Source: a virus (Duplodnaviria; Caudoviricetes). From it: a DNA stretch of 64,000 bases. Every line of letters starts with the position of its first letter. Positions within the stretch are counted from its first letter, which is position 1. The stretch spans positions 1-64,000 of IMG/VR virus record IMGVR_UViG_3300033070_001497, one strand, 5' to 3'. The position numbers were made by a program, and so were the translations under genes. A model generated the notes under the pieces. The model saw only the letters and a program-made list of their open reading frames with translations, had not been told where the DNA came from and did not search any database. Shown here piece by piece: positions 39,015 through 52,004 of this stretch.

Positions 39015-39641
39015 ATGAACATCTTCGTACTCGATAGGAACGCGATCACCGCTGCTGAGCAGCACTGCGACAAACACGTCCGCAAGATGGTGATCGAGTC
39101 AGCCCAGATGCTGACCACTGCATACTACTTTGGCGCTGGGATCAAAAGCAACAAAGCGGCCGATGCCAGGCGTTCGGACATCCATGACATCTTCGGTGGT
39201 TTTCCACGAGTGGACGACCAGGGCAAGCCTCTCCCATACAGGATCAGCCACCCTGGGCACCCGTGCACCGTATGGACCAGCAAAAGCTTCAACAACTTCG
39301 CCTGGCACCTGCTCCTAGCATCGGCCCTTTCCGAGGAATTCCAGCGGCGTTGGGGCAAGGAGCACGCGGTCAAACCCATACTCGGCTGGATGGCTAAACA
39401 CCCGCCTCCGAGCTCATACGCGTTTGACGAAAGTTTCAACCTCACGCCCTTCGCACAGGCCATGCCAGAATGCTTCAGGGGCCCAGACCCAGTGGAGGCC
39501 TACCGGAGGCTATACCACCACAAAGCCTCGCTATTCGACGTCACATGGAAAGCTCCAAGCACAGCGCCAGATTGGTTCTCGTTTGGCGGTGTACATTCAG
39601 CTAAAGCTACGTTTGCCCTCTCTAACCGAGTTGACCCATGA
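39015..39641 (+). CDS. pyrimidine-dimer DNA glycosylase/endonuclease V-like family protein
   Basis: MNIFVLD...CDKHVRKMVIESAQML...HPGHPCTVW...FAQAMP...AYR. Confidence 0.75.
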   Translation: MNIFVLDRNAITAAEQHCDKHVRKMVIESAQMLTTAYYFGAGIKSNKAADARRSDIHDIFGGFPRVDDQGKPLPYRISHPGHPCTVWTSKSFNNFAWHLLLASALSEEFQRRWGKEHAVKPILGWMAKHPPPSSYAFDESFNLTPFAQAMPECFRGPDPVEAYRRLYHHKASLFDVTWKAPSTAPDWFSFGGVHSAKATFALSNRVDP

Positions 39642-40024
39642 TCATCCAAGAGGAGTTCGGCGACGACGCGTGGAAACTCCTCGTAGGTTGCATCCTGCTC
39701 AACCAGACCAGCAACGTGCAGGTAAGGAGAGTGATCTACTCGCTGTTCGACCGTTGGCCAACTCCTGAGGCGATGAGCAAAGCGGAACCTAAGGAATTGG
39801 CCGATCACATCAGGACGCTAGGGTTCTACAACCGAAGGGCCAAATCGTTGATCCGTTTCTCCACAGAATACATAGCGAAAGACTTCGAGACCGCATCAGA
39901 ATTGCATGCGATCGGGAAATACGGAGACGATTCATTCCAGATGTTCATCAGAGGCAATATGGAAGTGCAGCCGACGGATCGGATCCTTTCGGCTTGGCTC
40001 AAGGGAGAACCTATCCCACAATGA
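39638..40024 (+). CDS. MBD4-like HhH DNA glycosylase
   Basis: WKLLVGCILLNQT...WPTPE...LGFYNRRA...LHAIGKYGDDS. Confidence 0.8.
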   Translation: MIIQEEFGDDAWKLLVGCILLNQTSNVQVRRVIYSLFDRWPTPEAMSKAEPKELADHIRTLGFYNRRAKSLIRFSTEYIAKDFETASELHAIGKYGDDSFQMFIRGNMEVQPTDRILSAWLKGEPIPQ

Positions 40025-40518
40025 AAGACATCATCTCCTACGGCGATTTTCTTGAGGGCAGGAACAATGGGGTGCCGAACCAAATCTCGATCGTGATCGA
40101 ATGCGAACGCTTGGCGAAGGCGTTGGGTCAAATCGAACCTTACATCGTTGTAGCGTCTAACTCGAAGGGCCTTGGAATTCCAGAGACCATGACTGTGTTA
40201 GCCAGGATCAGGGACGGCTACCTCGCTTCCAATTCGATCAGGCTTTCGAACCCTGCTTCCATCGATGGCGGCTCACATGATCTCGTGGTCTTCGAAGCGC
40301 ATGTCCAATCAGAAGAATTGGTTAGTGCGCTGAACGAGAGCTTCGGATCTTCCACTCAGAAGCTGATGGCGATCGTGAAGGCGGTCGAACTTGGCTCTGG
40401 GGATACATACGTCTCAAAGCTCAAACAGTCTGGGTTAACCGACATCAGCGCAAAGGCATCGATGTTCAGCTACACCAAATTGAATGGGCACAAATCCTAT
40501 CTCTTCATCAACGCATGA
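40021..40518 (+). CDS. hypothetical protein, putative internal head protein
   Basis: MKDIISYGDFLE N-terminus. Confidence 0.65.
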   Translation: MKDIISYGDFLEGRNNGVPNQISIVIECERLAKALGQIEPYIVVASNSKGLGIPETMTVLARIRDGYLASNSIRLSNPASIDGGSHDLVVFEAHVQSEELVSALNESFGSSTQKLMAIVKAVELGSGDTYVSKLKQSGLTDISAKASMFSYTKLNGHKSYLFINA

Positions 40519-40748
40519 AAAAGCTGTCAGAGATCCTCGCTAACAAGGCTAAGCCAGAGGAGCCGATCAAAGTGAACACCGAAGCGAGCGCTCCACCGGT
40601 GTTGGAGAGCGAATCCATTCCAAACAGCGAGTACACCAAGCGGTACATGTCTCTGCTAGAGGGATTCGGAGCGAAGTCGATCCTTGATCTCGATGAGAAG
40701 CAGTTCGATCAGTTCCACACCGAGGTGTTGAAGATCATCAACGAGTAA
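40515..40748 (+). CDS. hypothetical protein
   Basis: 77-aa coupled ORF. Confidence 0.6.
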   Translation: MKKLSEILANKAKPEEPIKVNTEASAPPVLESESIPNSEYTKRYMSLLEGFGAKSILDLDEKQFDQFHTEVLKIINE

Positions 40749-40818
40749 CATCTCCAACGCTGAACCCGTTGGACCACTGAGGGCCTCGAAAGAGGCCCTC
40801 TTTGCATAGAATAGGACC

Positions 40819-41844
40819 ATGCACACGCACGTCTTCGACATCGATGACACCCTGGTTCTCACCGACGGTAAGATAAAGGTCGTCAACCCATTGAATGGGG
40901 TCAGGCTACTTTCGGCCAAGGAATTCACCAAGTACCAACAGCACCCTCACGATTCGTTCGACTTCTCCGAGTTCAACGACGTGGATAAGCTGATGAACGG
41001 CACGCTAGTGAAGGACGTGTGCATGATCATCAGGGATTGCCATGACGCTGGGGAACGGATAGCCGTGATCACCGCAAGGGAGCAGGTGTGGCAGATCGTG
41101 CACTTCCTGAAGGAACGTATTGGAGTGACTATTCCACCGGAGATGGTCCTTGCGGTCAACGAGAAGCCGCGGAGGTTCTTCGGCGACAACGTCCCAGAGA
41201 TGAAGAGGCAGGCCATCAAGCGCCTGATCGAGTCTGGATCATCCAAGATCGACTTCTACGACGATGATCCGATGAACCTAGAGCTGGCTGCGATCGAGTC
41301 TGCCAAGCACGGAATCCCATTCCGAGCCATCCATGTCGATGACAAGTGGCATCGAACTAGCCTTCCGAAGAGGAGGATCGATGAGAAGATCGATGGGTTC
41401 TCTGGCATCCTGAAGCTGATCACTGGGATGTCGAACGCATCCACTTCCAAGGTCGGCTGTCTTGCCCTGAACAAGGACTTTCGGAACATCGCCGCATTCG
41501 GTTGGAACGGTTCGTATTCAGGAGCGCCGACGAACCCAGAGACCGGGGCAGAGGAGGAGTCCCTCGAACCAGGCATGAGCGGATTCATCCACGCCGAGGT
41601 CAACATGATCGCCAAGTTCAGGGAGCCGGATCCACAGAACTACATCGTCCTGTGCAGCCTGTCCCCTTGTGCGATGTGCACGAAGATCCTGGTCAATTCA
41701 GGGTTCAAGATGGTGTACTGGATAGACACCTATAGGGAGACCAATCACCTCCGGATCTTCCAGGAATGTGGAGTCATGTGCGGAAACATCGATGACCTCA
41801 AGAACCGAATCAACGAGATCCAGGGCAAACCCGGTCATAGATAA
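40819..41844 (+). CDS. HAD phosphatase / dCMP deaminase fusion
   Basis: FDIDDTL, ITAR, FYDD in the N-half; KVGC, GWNG, HAEVN, SPCAMC in the C-half. Confidence 0.82.
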   Translation: MHTHVFDIDDTLVLTDGKIKVVNPLNGVRLLSAKEFTKYQQHPHDSFDFSEFNDVDKLMNGTLVKDVCMIIRDCHDAGERIAVITAREQVWQIVHFLKERIGVTIPPEMVLAVNEKPRRFFGDNVPEMKRQAIKRLIESGSSKIDFYDDDPMNLELAAIESAKHGIPFRAIHVDDKWHRTSLPKRRIDEKIDGFSGILKLITGMSNASTSKVGCLALNKDFRNIAAFGWNGSYSGAPTNPETGAEEESLEPGMSGFIHAEVNMIAKFREPDPQNYIVLCSLSPCAMCTKILVNSGFKMVYWIDTYRETNHLRIFQECGVMCGNIDDLKNRINEIQGKPGHR

Positions 41845-41847
41845 GCC

Positions 41848-42348
41848 ATGGATGGACTTCTTCTTAGGATCGCCAGGGACCTGATCGTGGATTTCCAACG
41901 CAATGGATTAGACGTTGGTAGGGTGAGGATCAAGATCTTCCCAAGGGACAAGGCTAACCCAAAGTTCATCTTCCGAGGATACCAAACCGGGGAGCAATTC
42001 ATCTCTGCTTTCGACTCGGTGCTCACTAGCCCGAACTACCTCTGCTCGGCCGGTTCGTTACCGGTCATCGAGAACATCGAGCTCAACAACACAAACCTCT
42101 CGTTCTACAACTCTTACAGTTGGACGAACATACTGGATCGCAAGACGTTGGCAGAAAAGCTGGCCGCCGATTTCATCCGAGACGATGCTAGAGCCAAGGA
42201 GGCCGATCGGTACAAGGCGTACATGTCAAACAGGATCGACCAATACGTCTCGGATGCGAACTCCGCGGTGAACGTCAGGATAGAATCCTACGTGGATCCA
42301 TGCTACGTAGACGCGGGCTATGTTTCTCCGCAATCCGAGGTGTATTGA
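41848..42348 (+). CDS. hypothetical late protein
   Basis: ATAGATA upstream; C-terminal YVDPCYVDAGYV. Confidence 0.65.
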   Translation: MDGLLLRIARDLIVDFQRNGLDVGRVRIKIFPRDKANPKFIFRGYQTGEQFISAFDSVLTSPNYLCSAGSLPVIENIELNNTNLSFYNSYSWTNILDRKTLAEKLAADFIRDDARAKEADRYKAYMSNRIDQYVSDANSAVNVRIESYVDPCYVDAGYVSPQSEVY

Positions 42349-42381
42349 AGATCGCCTCTGTTGGGTTCCATCGGCGAATAG

Positions 42382-45093
<2,712 letters not shown>

Positions 45094-45094
45094 C

Positions 45095-47554
45095 ATGAAC
45101 GGACACATCTACGCATCGAGCATGAGCGCGTCGTCGACTATTCTGACGGCGAACACCATTCTCAGCGACAATTCCACGTACTACATCATAGCACAATCAG
45201 CGTGCTTGTCGATCACGCTGCCAACTCTTGTCCTGAGCGCTAGCAGCACAGTGGTCAACGCTAACCGGATCTTCTTCATCAAGAACGAGACCTCAAGCGT
45301 ATTGACTGTAGCTGCTGCCGGTGGACAGACATTCGAAGGCGGCTCATCGTCGATCACAATCCTACCAAACCGGTGGCTGATGGTCCATGGCCAGAACTCG
45401 TTGCTCAGGTGGAACGTTTACCGCGTGGCTGACCTTACAGCAACCGGCGTGAACGATGTGACGTACGCACAGCTGATCTCGATGCTCGGCACCACTGGAG
45501 CCAGCTCAGCTACAGCTGGCTTCTATCGAGTCACGGACTTCAGGACCGCGGCTTACATCCTAGGGAGCTCAGGCGGATCGTCCTACGTCGGGACCTTGGA
45601 GCCGCTTATAGTGAACGTGTATTATGGCCAAGGGATGACTGCCTCCGTTCCAAAATTGGACCAAAGGGCCTTCTCTCCGCTTTGGCCTCAGGACATCATC
45701 TGGTACGATCCATACCCAGCAAATTGGATATACGACCGATCCTTCTGCAACACATTTGATGCGACGTCGATGGTGCCTAACTTCAAGGGCGTCATCTACC
45801 GAAGGCATGACATCAAGAAGGACATCCTTGGAGCCTATGACTGGAGAAACGTGTTGATCAGGAGATGGACATTCGACGCGGCTTCTAACGGTGGAAATTT
45901 CAGTGGAGCCATAGCTTATGACTTCGGAGACAGGGTCCTCGGTGGGATGTCGCTCATGTATGGCCCATCTGGATCGCTGAACGTGAACCAGTGGGCCTCG
46001 GTGTTCATGAATGGCATCTGTGCGATCGACCCAGATGACAACCCGAACTACTCACCCGCTGGAACGGTCACACAGGAACTATGCGTTGGGCCCACTGCCA
46101 ACTCCGCGACTGCCAGCACATGCGCCACTCTCACATGGACTGTCACCGGTTATCTGGACAGGCTCACGTTTGGCACGTACGGAGATCCAAATTCCGTCGA
46201 TCCATACTGCCGAGCGATCGATCTAGGAGGATATCAGTGGTACCCTGCCGCTGTGACCGGTGGAACAGGTGGTCCAACAGCCGCGTACAATTCGATCGTA
46301 AACTGCAACGTCTTAACTGCTACAACTACCGGTGGCATCAATTCCAACAGGCTCAACAACGTTAAGCTCCCAAGAAGGGCTTTCGGTAACAGCATCTACT
46401 CTGCTGGATACGAAGAAGACAACGATGTGAACAACATCCAGGGCGATGAGATGATGATCAACGTCAATCTCAACCCATACCCGGTAGTACCTGATTCGCC
46501 TTCATTCCCAGGTATCAACATCCGACGCGGCATCCGAAACATGAGGTTCAGCCGAGCCAAGAACGTCTACATCACCAGGGCTAGCAGCGACTGTGAGTTC
46601 GGACCCATCAAGGATTGCGCCTTTGAGAGCGTGCATGGAATCAAGATGGGTTACAACACGAACATGGTTGCCGCAACTGGAGCATCCAACAACGGGTGGT
46701 CGACTGGGAATGTCATCGTCAGGAGCGAGATGCTGGAGTTCAATGGAGTGAGCAATAGCCTCATATCCCGTTGCTATCGGACCAAGTTCGCTAGGTCGAT
46801 CTCGAAGCTGTACATCCACAACAACCAAGGTAACAGCAACATCGTCGATAGCCAATTCAGTGGAGATGTGAGCGATTGCAGCTTCATCAACTCCAGAGTC
46901 GATAACATACACGTCCTTGCGGCCTTCAAGAACAACCTGATCGAAGGATCCACGCTTAGGGCAACCAGATTCGGTGCAACTGCGACGACGGTGGTCATCG
47001 GCCCTACTTCGAACGTCACCGAATGCTCGTTCGATGGGGCTTTCACTTCTAGCCTCATCCAAGGATCGGTATCGAACACGAGATCGGCCGGCACGATCAC
47101 CACGCTCAGGATCGTCGGTGGCGCGACCGTGGCCAACACCAACTTCCACACCGCTCTGTCTGCTGTCACAGTGGATAAGACGCTGGGCACGAACGCGCAG
47201 ATCCTTGGATCATCCTTCCATGGTCAATCCATGGCCGGTTGCACTTTCGCTGGCCAGGTGCTGAATTGTGAGTTCTACGGCAACCTTTCCACGAACTACT
47301 TCCCATCGAATCTGTCAAGCAGCATTTTCATGGGTGGCCTCACTGGATCCACTGGCCTTGGGGTCGGCGGCACTTTCACTGGCGCACTCGTTATGGGAGG
47401 AGCGATCAATGGGCTCAACATGTCGGCAGCCACTGAATCAATAGCCAACCGTGGCAAGCTCTACATGCTCTCGAACGGCCAAAATCCTTACGTCCTGATG
47501 ATCAATGAGGCCGGCGGTTCGGCCACACCCATCGTGTTGGGCGCCACGGCCTGA
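45095..47554 (+). CDS. tail fibre/spike protein with beta-helix-like C-terminus
   Basis: TYAQL...FYRVTDFRT...EPLIV...DIIWYD...FKGVIYRRHD...YDWRN, followed by Asn/Ser-rich repeats. Confidence 0.72.
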   Translation: MNGHIYASSMSASSTILTANTILSDNSTYYIIAQSACLSITLPTLVLSASSTVVNANRIFFIKNETSSVLTVAAAGGQTFEGGSSSITILPNRWLMVHGQNSLLRWNVYRVADLTATGVNDVTYAQLISMLGTTGASSATAGFYRVTDFRTAAYILGSSGGSSYVGTLEPLIVNVYYGQGMTASVPKLDQRAFSPLWPQDIIWYDPYPANWIYDRSFCNTFDATSMVPNFKGVIYRRHDIKKDILGAYDWRNVLIRRWTFDAASNGGNFSGAIAYDFGDRVLGGMSLMYGPSGSLNVNQWASVFMNGICAIDPDDNPNYSPAGTVTQELCVGPTANSATASTCATLTWTVTGYLDRLTFGTYGDPNSVDPYCRAIDLGGYQWYPAAVTGGTGGPTAAYNSIVNCNVLTATTTGGINSNRLNNVKLPRRAFGNSIYSAGYEEDNDVNNIQGDEMMINVNLNPYPVVPDSPSFPGINIRRGIRNMRFSRAKNVYITRASSDCEFGPIKDCAFESVHGIKMGYNTNMVAATGASNNGWSTGNVIVRSEMLEFNGVSNSLISRCYRTKFARSISKLYIHNNQGNSNIVDSQFSGDVSDCSFINSRVDNIHVLAAFKNNLIEGSTLRATRFGATATTVVIGPTSNVTECSFDGAFTSSLIQGSVSNTRSAGTITTLRIVGGATVANTNFHTALSAVTVDKTLGTNAQILGSSFHGQSMAGCTFAGQVLNCEFYGNLSTNYFPSNLSSSIFMGGLTGSTGLGVGGTFTGALVMGGAINGLNMSAATESIANRGKLYMLSNGQNPYVLMINEAGGSATPIVLGATA

Positions 47555-47573
47555 TAGAGTGCATAGGATTGCC

Positions 47574-48218
47574 ATGAGCCAAGACAGGTTCAAGGGCAGA
47601 GTTTTCCAGTGGATCAAGGGCGACCTTGAGGGCCAAGCCGAATTCGTGACGGAATCGAAGGATGGCAAAGTCTTCTTTGACAGCGGCAACAGCATCTTCA
47701 TCAAGGAGATCAGGGAGTTCATGGTCGAGATGGGCGTGCCTGGACTGGAGACGCTACGCATAGATCCGATCACCGGAAGCACAGCGGTTGGAGACATCCC
47801 AGGACTGAACACTCCAATAGACGCGCCGGCTCCAGCGGCTGAGCCGCAACCGATAGGAGAGGAAGCGATCATACTGAACCTGCTAGAAAAGCAGCGCAAG
47901 TCCTCATACATCAAGTTCGATCGCTCCATCTCTGTGCCGGTGCCGACTCCAGAGGCGTACGATTTCCTCAGGTCGACGTTCGACTCGGAGGTCATCACGA
48001 GCGCCATCATGAAGAAGGCACAGAAGGACATCGAAAGGGAGCTCAAAGAGGTGGCCGATTTCATCAGGTTCAACCTCCAATCAGCATTGGAACTCAAATA
48101 CGGAAACGATGGGAATGTCGGAATCGAGGAAACAGAGAAGGGAGTACGAGAAGTGGCTCAAGAAGTCAGACCCAAAGGCGTACAAGGCGTGGAAAGCGGA
48201 GAAGATCGAACGCGGTAA
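47574..48218 (+). CDS. hypothetical protein
   Basis: Start at the ATG after GCATAGGA 47561. Confidence 0.7.
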   Translation: MSQDRFKGRVFQWIKGDLEGQAEFVTESKDGKVFFDSGNSIFIKEIREFMVEMGVPGLETLRIDPITGSTAVGDIPGLNTPIDAPAPAAEPQPIGEEAIILNLLEKQRKSSYIKFDRSISVPVPTPEAYDFLRSTFDSEVITSAIMKKAQKDIERELKEVADFIRFNLQSALELKYGNDGNVGIEETEKGVREVAQEVRPKGVQGVESGEDRTR

Positions 48219-48381
48219 CGCGTTCCATCAATCCCACGTGGAAACCCAGCGGATTCTCCAGAGCGAAAGGCTCGAGGCCAAGCAGAAGGAGATCATCCAA
48301 AGCCTCAGGGCTGCCGGAAAAACCGATGCCCAGATCGATGAGTTCATCGAGAGCTGGGTCGAAGGCATCAGCCCGATCTGA
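48109..48381 (+). CDS. hypothetical protein
   Basis: 90-aa ORF coupled to the next gene. Confidence 0.6.
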   Translation: MGMSESRKQRREYEKWLKKSDPKAYKAWKAEKIERGNAFHQSHVETQRILQSERLEAKQKEIIQSLRAAGKTDAQIDEFIESWVEGISPI

Positions 48382-48731
48382 TGGTGAAGGTAGTCCTCGA
48401 GAACGCCTCGAACGGTGTCATCAAGAGAGTGAAGGATGACAACCACAATGGATCAGGGATGTACTTCACCCTGACCAAGCTGTATGAGATCGATCGAGAC
48501 AGCGAATACGCATCCCTACAATCGTTCCAACTGCTCGGCGACATCATCAACGATTTGGACCTGGACCTCGGGAATGAGCAACACGCTGAGGTACTCAACA
48601 TCAATAGCCGTTGGGGCGAGAAATACATGCCAACCCCAGCACAGATCAAGGCGAAGATCAAGGAGCTTCGGAGCGAAATAGATCAGCTCAAGGAGCTCAT
48701 GGTGATCTCCGAACAGGCGCAGAAGAAATGA
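48381..48731 (+). CDS. hypothetical protein
   Basis: Coupled ORF. Confidence 0.7.
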   Translation: MVKVVLENASNGVIKRVKDDNHNGSGMYFTLTKLYEIDRDSEYASLQSFQLLGDIINDLDLDLGNEQHAEVLNINSRWGEKYMPTPAQIKAKIKELRSEIDQLKELMVISEQAQKK

Positions 48732-49123
48732 CCGAGACCGATCCACAGAAGAACATCTTCTTCGTCCATTGCGATCTGGACTTCTTCAGGGAGAACTTCG
48801 TCAAGAAGCGCAACTCCGAGATCATCGTGTTCAGCGACATCGAGAAAAAGCTGACATCGAGGGAGATCGCGAAGACCAAACCGAGCCTTGAAACCATCCA
48901 GTTCAACATCTCGAAGAGGATCTCTGCTTTCCTGAGTTCCAGCAAGACGGAGTTCCTCTACTACTACCTGGACTCGATCAAGAAGGAGACCATCCTCAAG
49001 ATCAACAAGTTCGAGAAGCGTGAGGGCCTGTCGGTCTTCCTGATGCTAGAGGACAAGAAGCTGTTCGATCGGTACAAGAAGAGCGTGAGCAGCGCTATCC
49101 TGATCGAGGAGGCCCTTAGATGA
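48728..49123 (+). CDS. hypothetical protein
   Basis: ATGA-coupled start at 48728. Confidence 0.65.
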   Translation: MTETDPQKNIFFVHCDLDFFRENFVKKRNSEIIVFSDIEKKLTSREIAKTKPSLETIQFNISKRISAFLSSSKTEFLYYYLDSIKKETILKINKFEKREGLSVFLMLEDKKLFDRYKKSVSSAILIEEALR

Positions 49124-49689
49124 CAGACATCGAGCTCCTGCCAGTGGGCTCGATGTGCCATGCTGTCATGTACGCCGTCGATGACCCAGAGATCCTCTTC
49201 CCAGTCAAGGTAGAGATCACCTCGGCCGACATCGGCAGCAATTTCATGCTGCCGTCGTACAACGTTCGGATCGTCTGGTTCTACGACAACATCCTATTCC
49301 TGAGGAGCAACCTCGCGAACTGTTCGCTGAGGCTCAAATCTGGGGCCAATCGGATCATCAAGGTGTCGATGAAGCACTTCAAGACGCAGGAATCGATCTC
49401 TGAGTTCTTCGCGAACAGCGCGGAGCGTTACAAGATCGAGCACTTCTTCGTCCGTAAGAGAAGGATCGATATGGAGGAGCTCTTCACCAAACTCCAGAGG
49501 TACCTCATCAACAACCAGCTCAGGAAACTGGCCACATCGATGAACAGGAAGACTTACGGTGACAACGGTGGTGAGTTCTACGTCGTGAACCGTTCGGAGT
49601 TCCTGGAGAGACTCAGACGTGGCTTCGGTGACAAATTCAAGGATGACGAGAGCTTCAAAAGGTACACCAGCTATCTCTATGGGGTCTGA
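49120..49689 (+). CDS. hypothetical protein
   Basis: Coupled ORF. Confidence 0.7.
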   Translation: MTDIELLPVGSMCHAVMYAVDDPEILFPVKVEITSADIGSNFMLPSYNVRIVWFYDNILFLRSNLANCSLRLKSGANRIIKVSMKHFKTQESISEFFANSAERYKIEHFFVRKRRIDMEELFTKLQRYLINNQLRKLATSMNRKTYGDNGGEFYVVNRSEFLERLRRGFGDKFKDDESFKRYTSYLYGV

Positions 49690-49711
49690 CAGCTCCAATA
49701 GATAGCCGGAG

Positions 49712-51460
49712 ATGCCCAACGAATTCTCCAACGAGTACATCCAGTCACAGGGAGCCCAAGGCGGATCGGCCGGCTTCAACGCGATCATCGGCGAGCTGTA
49801 CACCCAGCCTGATGGGAATTGGCCAGCGCCTCCAGCGATAACCGATCCACAGAATGGCGAATCGATCCAATACGCTGGCTCGAGGGCCGGCGCTAAGCCG
49901 TCGATCTTCAACCGGTACTCGATCTTCTTCTTCAACAACAGGACATCGAACTCGACCACCCCAGAGGACTACTTCGATAAGCCAGAGAAGTATGGGATCC
50001 GGGCACAGAACGACATGGCCACGACGGTGATCAGTCATCCGTCAGCGACGAACATCATCAAGTGGTCCAAGACTGGACAGACGAACGCAGTCGAATATGA
50101 TTGGCCAGACTTCACTTGGTGCAAGCACTACGGCGACGTGCCAAACAACTACATGGTCACTCTTCGTAGGTTCCCGATGCCATGTGCGGATGACCTGTTC
50201 GACAACTCGAAGAACCCAGCCCCTGATATCGGTAGGATGATCACCTGGGTCGACAACTCGATGAACAGCTTCGAGTCTGTTGGGATGAAGTTCAGCCATG
50301 GGATGACATGGAAGAAGCTGACAGCCGACATCCAAGAGGTCGAGTACCAAGGCGCATACCAGAACGAAGGACTGGGACTCCAGAACGATTACGCTGGAGG
50401 CGGATACAAGGGAACCATAGCCAGATCAGCTAACACTGTAGGTAAAGCGATAGTAGCCGCATCCGCAGCAACACAGGAAGGGTTCGGGAAGAATAACCTC
50501 GCTAACCCGAACATGGACACGTACAACCCGTACGGCGAGAACAGGAACGTCACATTCGGACCAGTGGACATCATCCGCGAGATGTACATCCGTGAGAAAG
50601 GGCTCGAGTTCACGCAGGAATTCTCGCTGAAATTCGAGTATGAGCTCAGATCGATCGATGGCATCAATCCGAAGGTCGCGTTCATGGATCTTCTTTCGAA
50701 CATACTCATCTGCACCGCGAACAAGGGCAGCTTCTGGGGCGGAGAGGTGAGGCACTACGGTGGTTACGCCAGGAAGGTCAAACCTTTGGGAGACCCCAGT
50801 ATGCTCGAGAAGGGCAATTTCCAGGGATACGTCAAATCGATTCTCCAAAAGCTCATGGGCCGGCTCAGCAGTCTGACAGATGGACAGGGTTTCTCTTTGG
50901 CTGGCCTAGGAAACGCCGCAAAGACCATTGGTTCGAACATCCTAGGAAACGTGCTGGGTGGATCGCTCGACAACATGGGCCGGCCACAAATCCATGGGCT
51001 GAATGCCCTGCTGACCGGCGAGGACACTGGCGAGTGGCATGTGACCGTCGGGAACCCTGCCAATCCGATGATCTCTGTTGGCAACCTTATCCTGGAGAGC
51101 ACGGACATTGCGTTCGATGGATCATTGGGCATCGACGACTTCCCATCGAGGATGATCGTCGAGTGCAAGCTCAAGCCAGCCAGGCCTAGGGACAGAAACG
51201 ACATCATGGCGATGTTCAGCCGCCATGGTCGAATGTACATCACGGATCCGCCGACCGCTTCAAAGTACGCCGGCGTCTTGGAAAAGGGCGGCCTTAACCC
51301 ACACGCGAGCAACGACATCTCTGGAGCTGGAGCCGACAAGGGCAAGTATTTCAACGAGGACAGCCTAAAGCAGATCAGGGAAAGCGGGGTCGCTTCCAGA
51401 TTCCCGAACCACATGAAGGACCCTGGATTGCTGACACAGGCTGCCAGGGGCATCGATTGA
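49712..51460 (+). CDS. putative baseplate/tail-tube-initiator protein
   Basis: Late box; GEWHVTVGNP.NP...GNL...DDFP...LKPARPRD; heads the baseplate cluster. Confidence 0.6.
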   Translation: MPNEFSNEYIQSQGAQGGSAGFNAIIGELYTQPDGNWPAPPAITDPQNGESIQYAGSRAGAKPSIFNRYSIFFFNNRTSNSTTPEDYFDKPEKYGIRAQNDMATTVISHPSATNIIKWSKTGQTNAVEYDWPDFTWCKHYGDVPNNYMVTLRRFPMPCADDLFDNSKNPAPDIGRMITWVDNSMNSFESVGMKFSHGMTWKKLTADIQEVEYQGAYQNEGLGLQNDYAGGGYKGTIARSANTVGKAIVAASAATQEGFGKNNLANPNMDTYNPYGENRNVTFGPVDIIREMYIREKGLEFTQEFSLKFEYELRSIDGINPKVAFMDLLSNILICTANKGSFWGGEVRHYGGYARKVKPLGDPSMLEKGNFQGYVKSILQKLMGRLSSLTDGQGFSLAGLGNAAKTIGSNILGNVLGGSLDNMGRPQIHGLNALLTGEDTGEWHVTVGNPANPMISVGNLILESTDIAFDGSLGIDDFPSRMIVECKLKPARPRDRNDIMAMFSRHGRMYITDPPTASKYAGVLEKGGLNPHASNDISGAGADKGKYFNEDSLKQIRESGVASRFPNHMKDPGLLTQAARGID

Positions 51461-51473
51461 CAATACATAACGC

Positions 51474-52004
51474 ATGCAGATCGCTCTATTGGACCTTAAG
51501 GCCACGATGGATCGTGATGGTGTGAAGATGATCGACTTCCTGGACAACAACTTCACTGTGAATTACCTGTCCCCAGACTTCCAGGTCATGCGGATCGTCA
51601 AGGTGGAGGAACACCACCTCTGCAGGATCGACCTGATCGCGTTCGAGGCCTATGGATCAGTGGATCAGGTGGACGCTGTTCTCAAGTTCAACATGATCAC
51701 TAACCCATTCTCGATGGAGATCGGCGACATCCTAGTCATTCCTTCCCTATCATCGGTCAGCAGCTTCTTCAAGCGATCGGCCCAGGCCCAATCACACACG
51801 ATCCTGGACACGAAGTCGATATTCATCGACACCAGTAGGGCCAGCAAAAAAGACGCCGCTAGGCTCGAGCAGTTGGCTCGGATCGCTTCCAAGAGGAAGA
51901 ACGGCGCATCGGAGATCAAGCCGACTAACTTGCTCAGGAACGGTGAGGTTCCATTCGCGACAACCGGCGGAGCCCTGAGGCTGGCCCCTAACGCGACCAA
52001 GTGA
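51474..52004 (+). CDS. baseplate wedge protein (gp53/LysM-like)
   Basis: RIDLIAFEAYG...LKFNMITNPF..EIGDILVIP. Confidence 0.7.
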   Translation: MQIALLDLKATMDRDGVKMIDFLDNNFTVNYLSPDFQVMRIVKVEEHHLCRIDLIAFEAYGSVDQVDAVLKFNMITNPFSMEIGDILVIPSLSSVSSFFKRSAQAQSHTILDTKSIFIDTSRASKKDAARLEQLARIASKRKNGASEIKPTNLLRNGEVPFATTGGALRLAPNATK

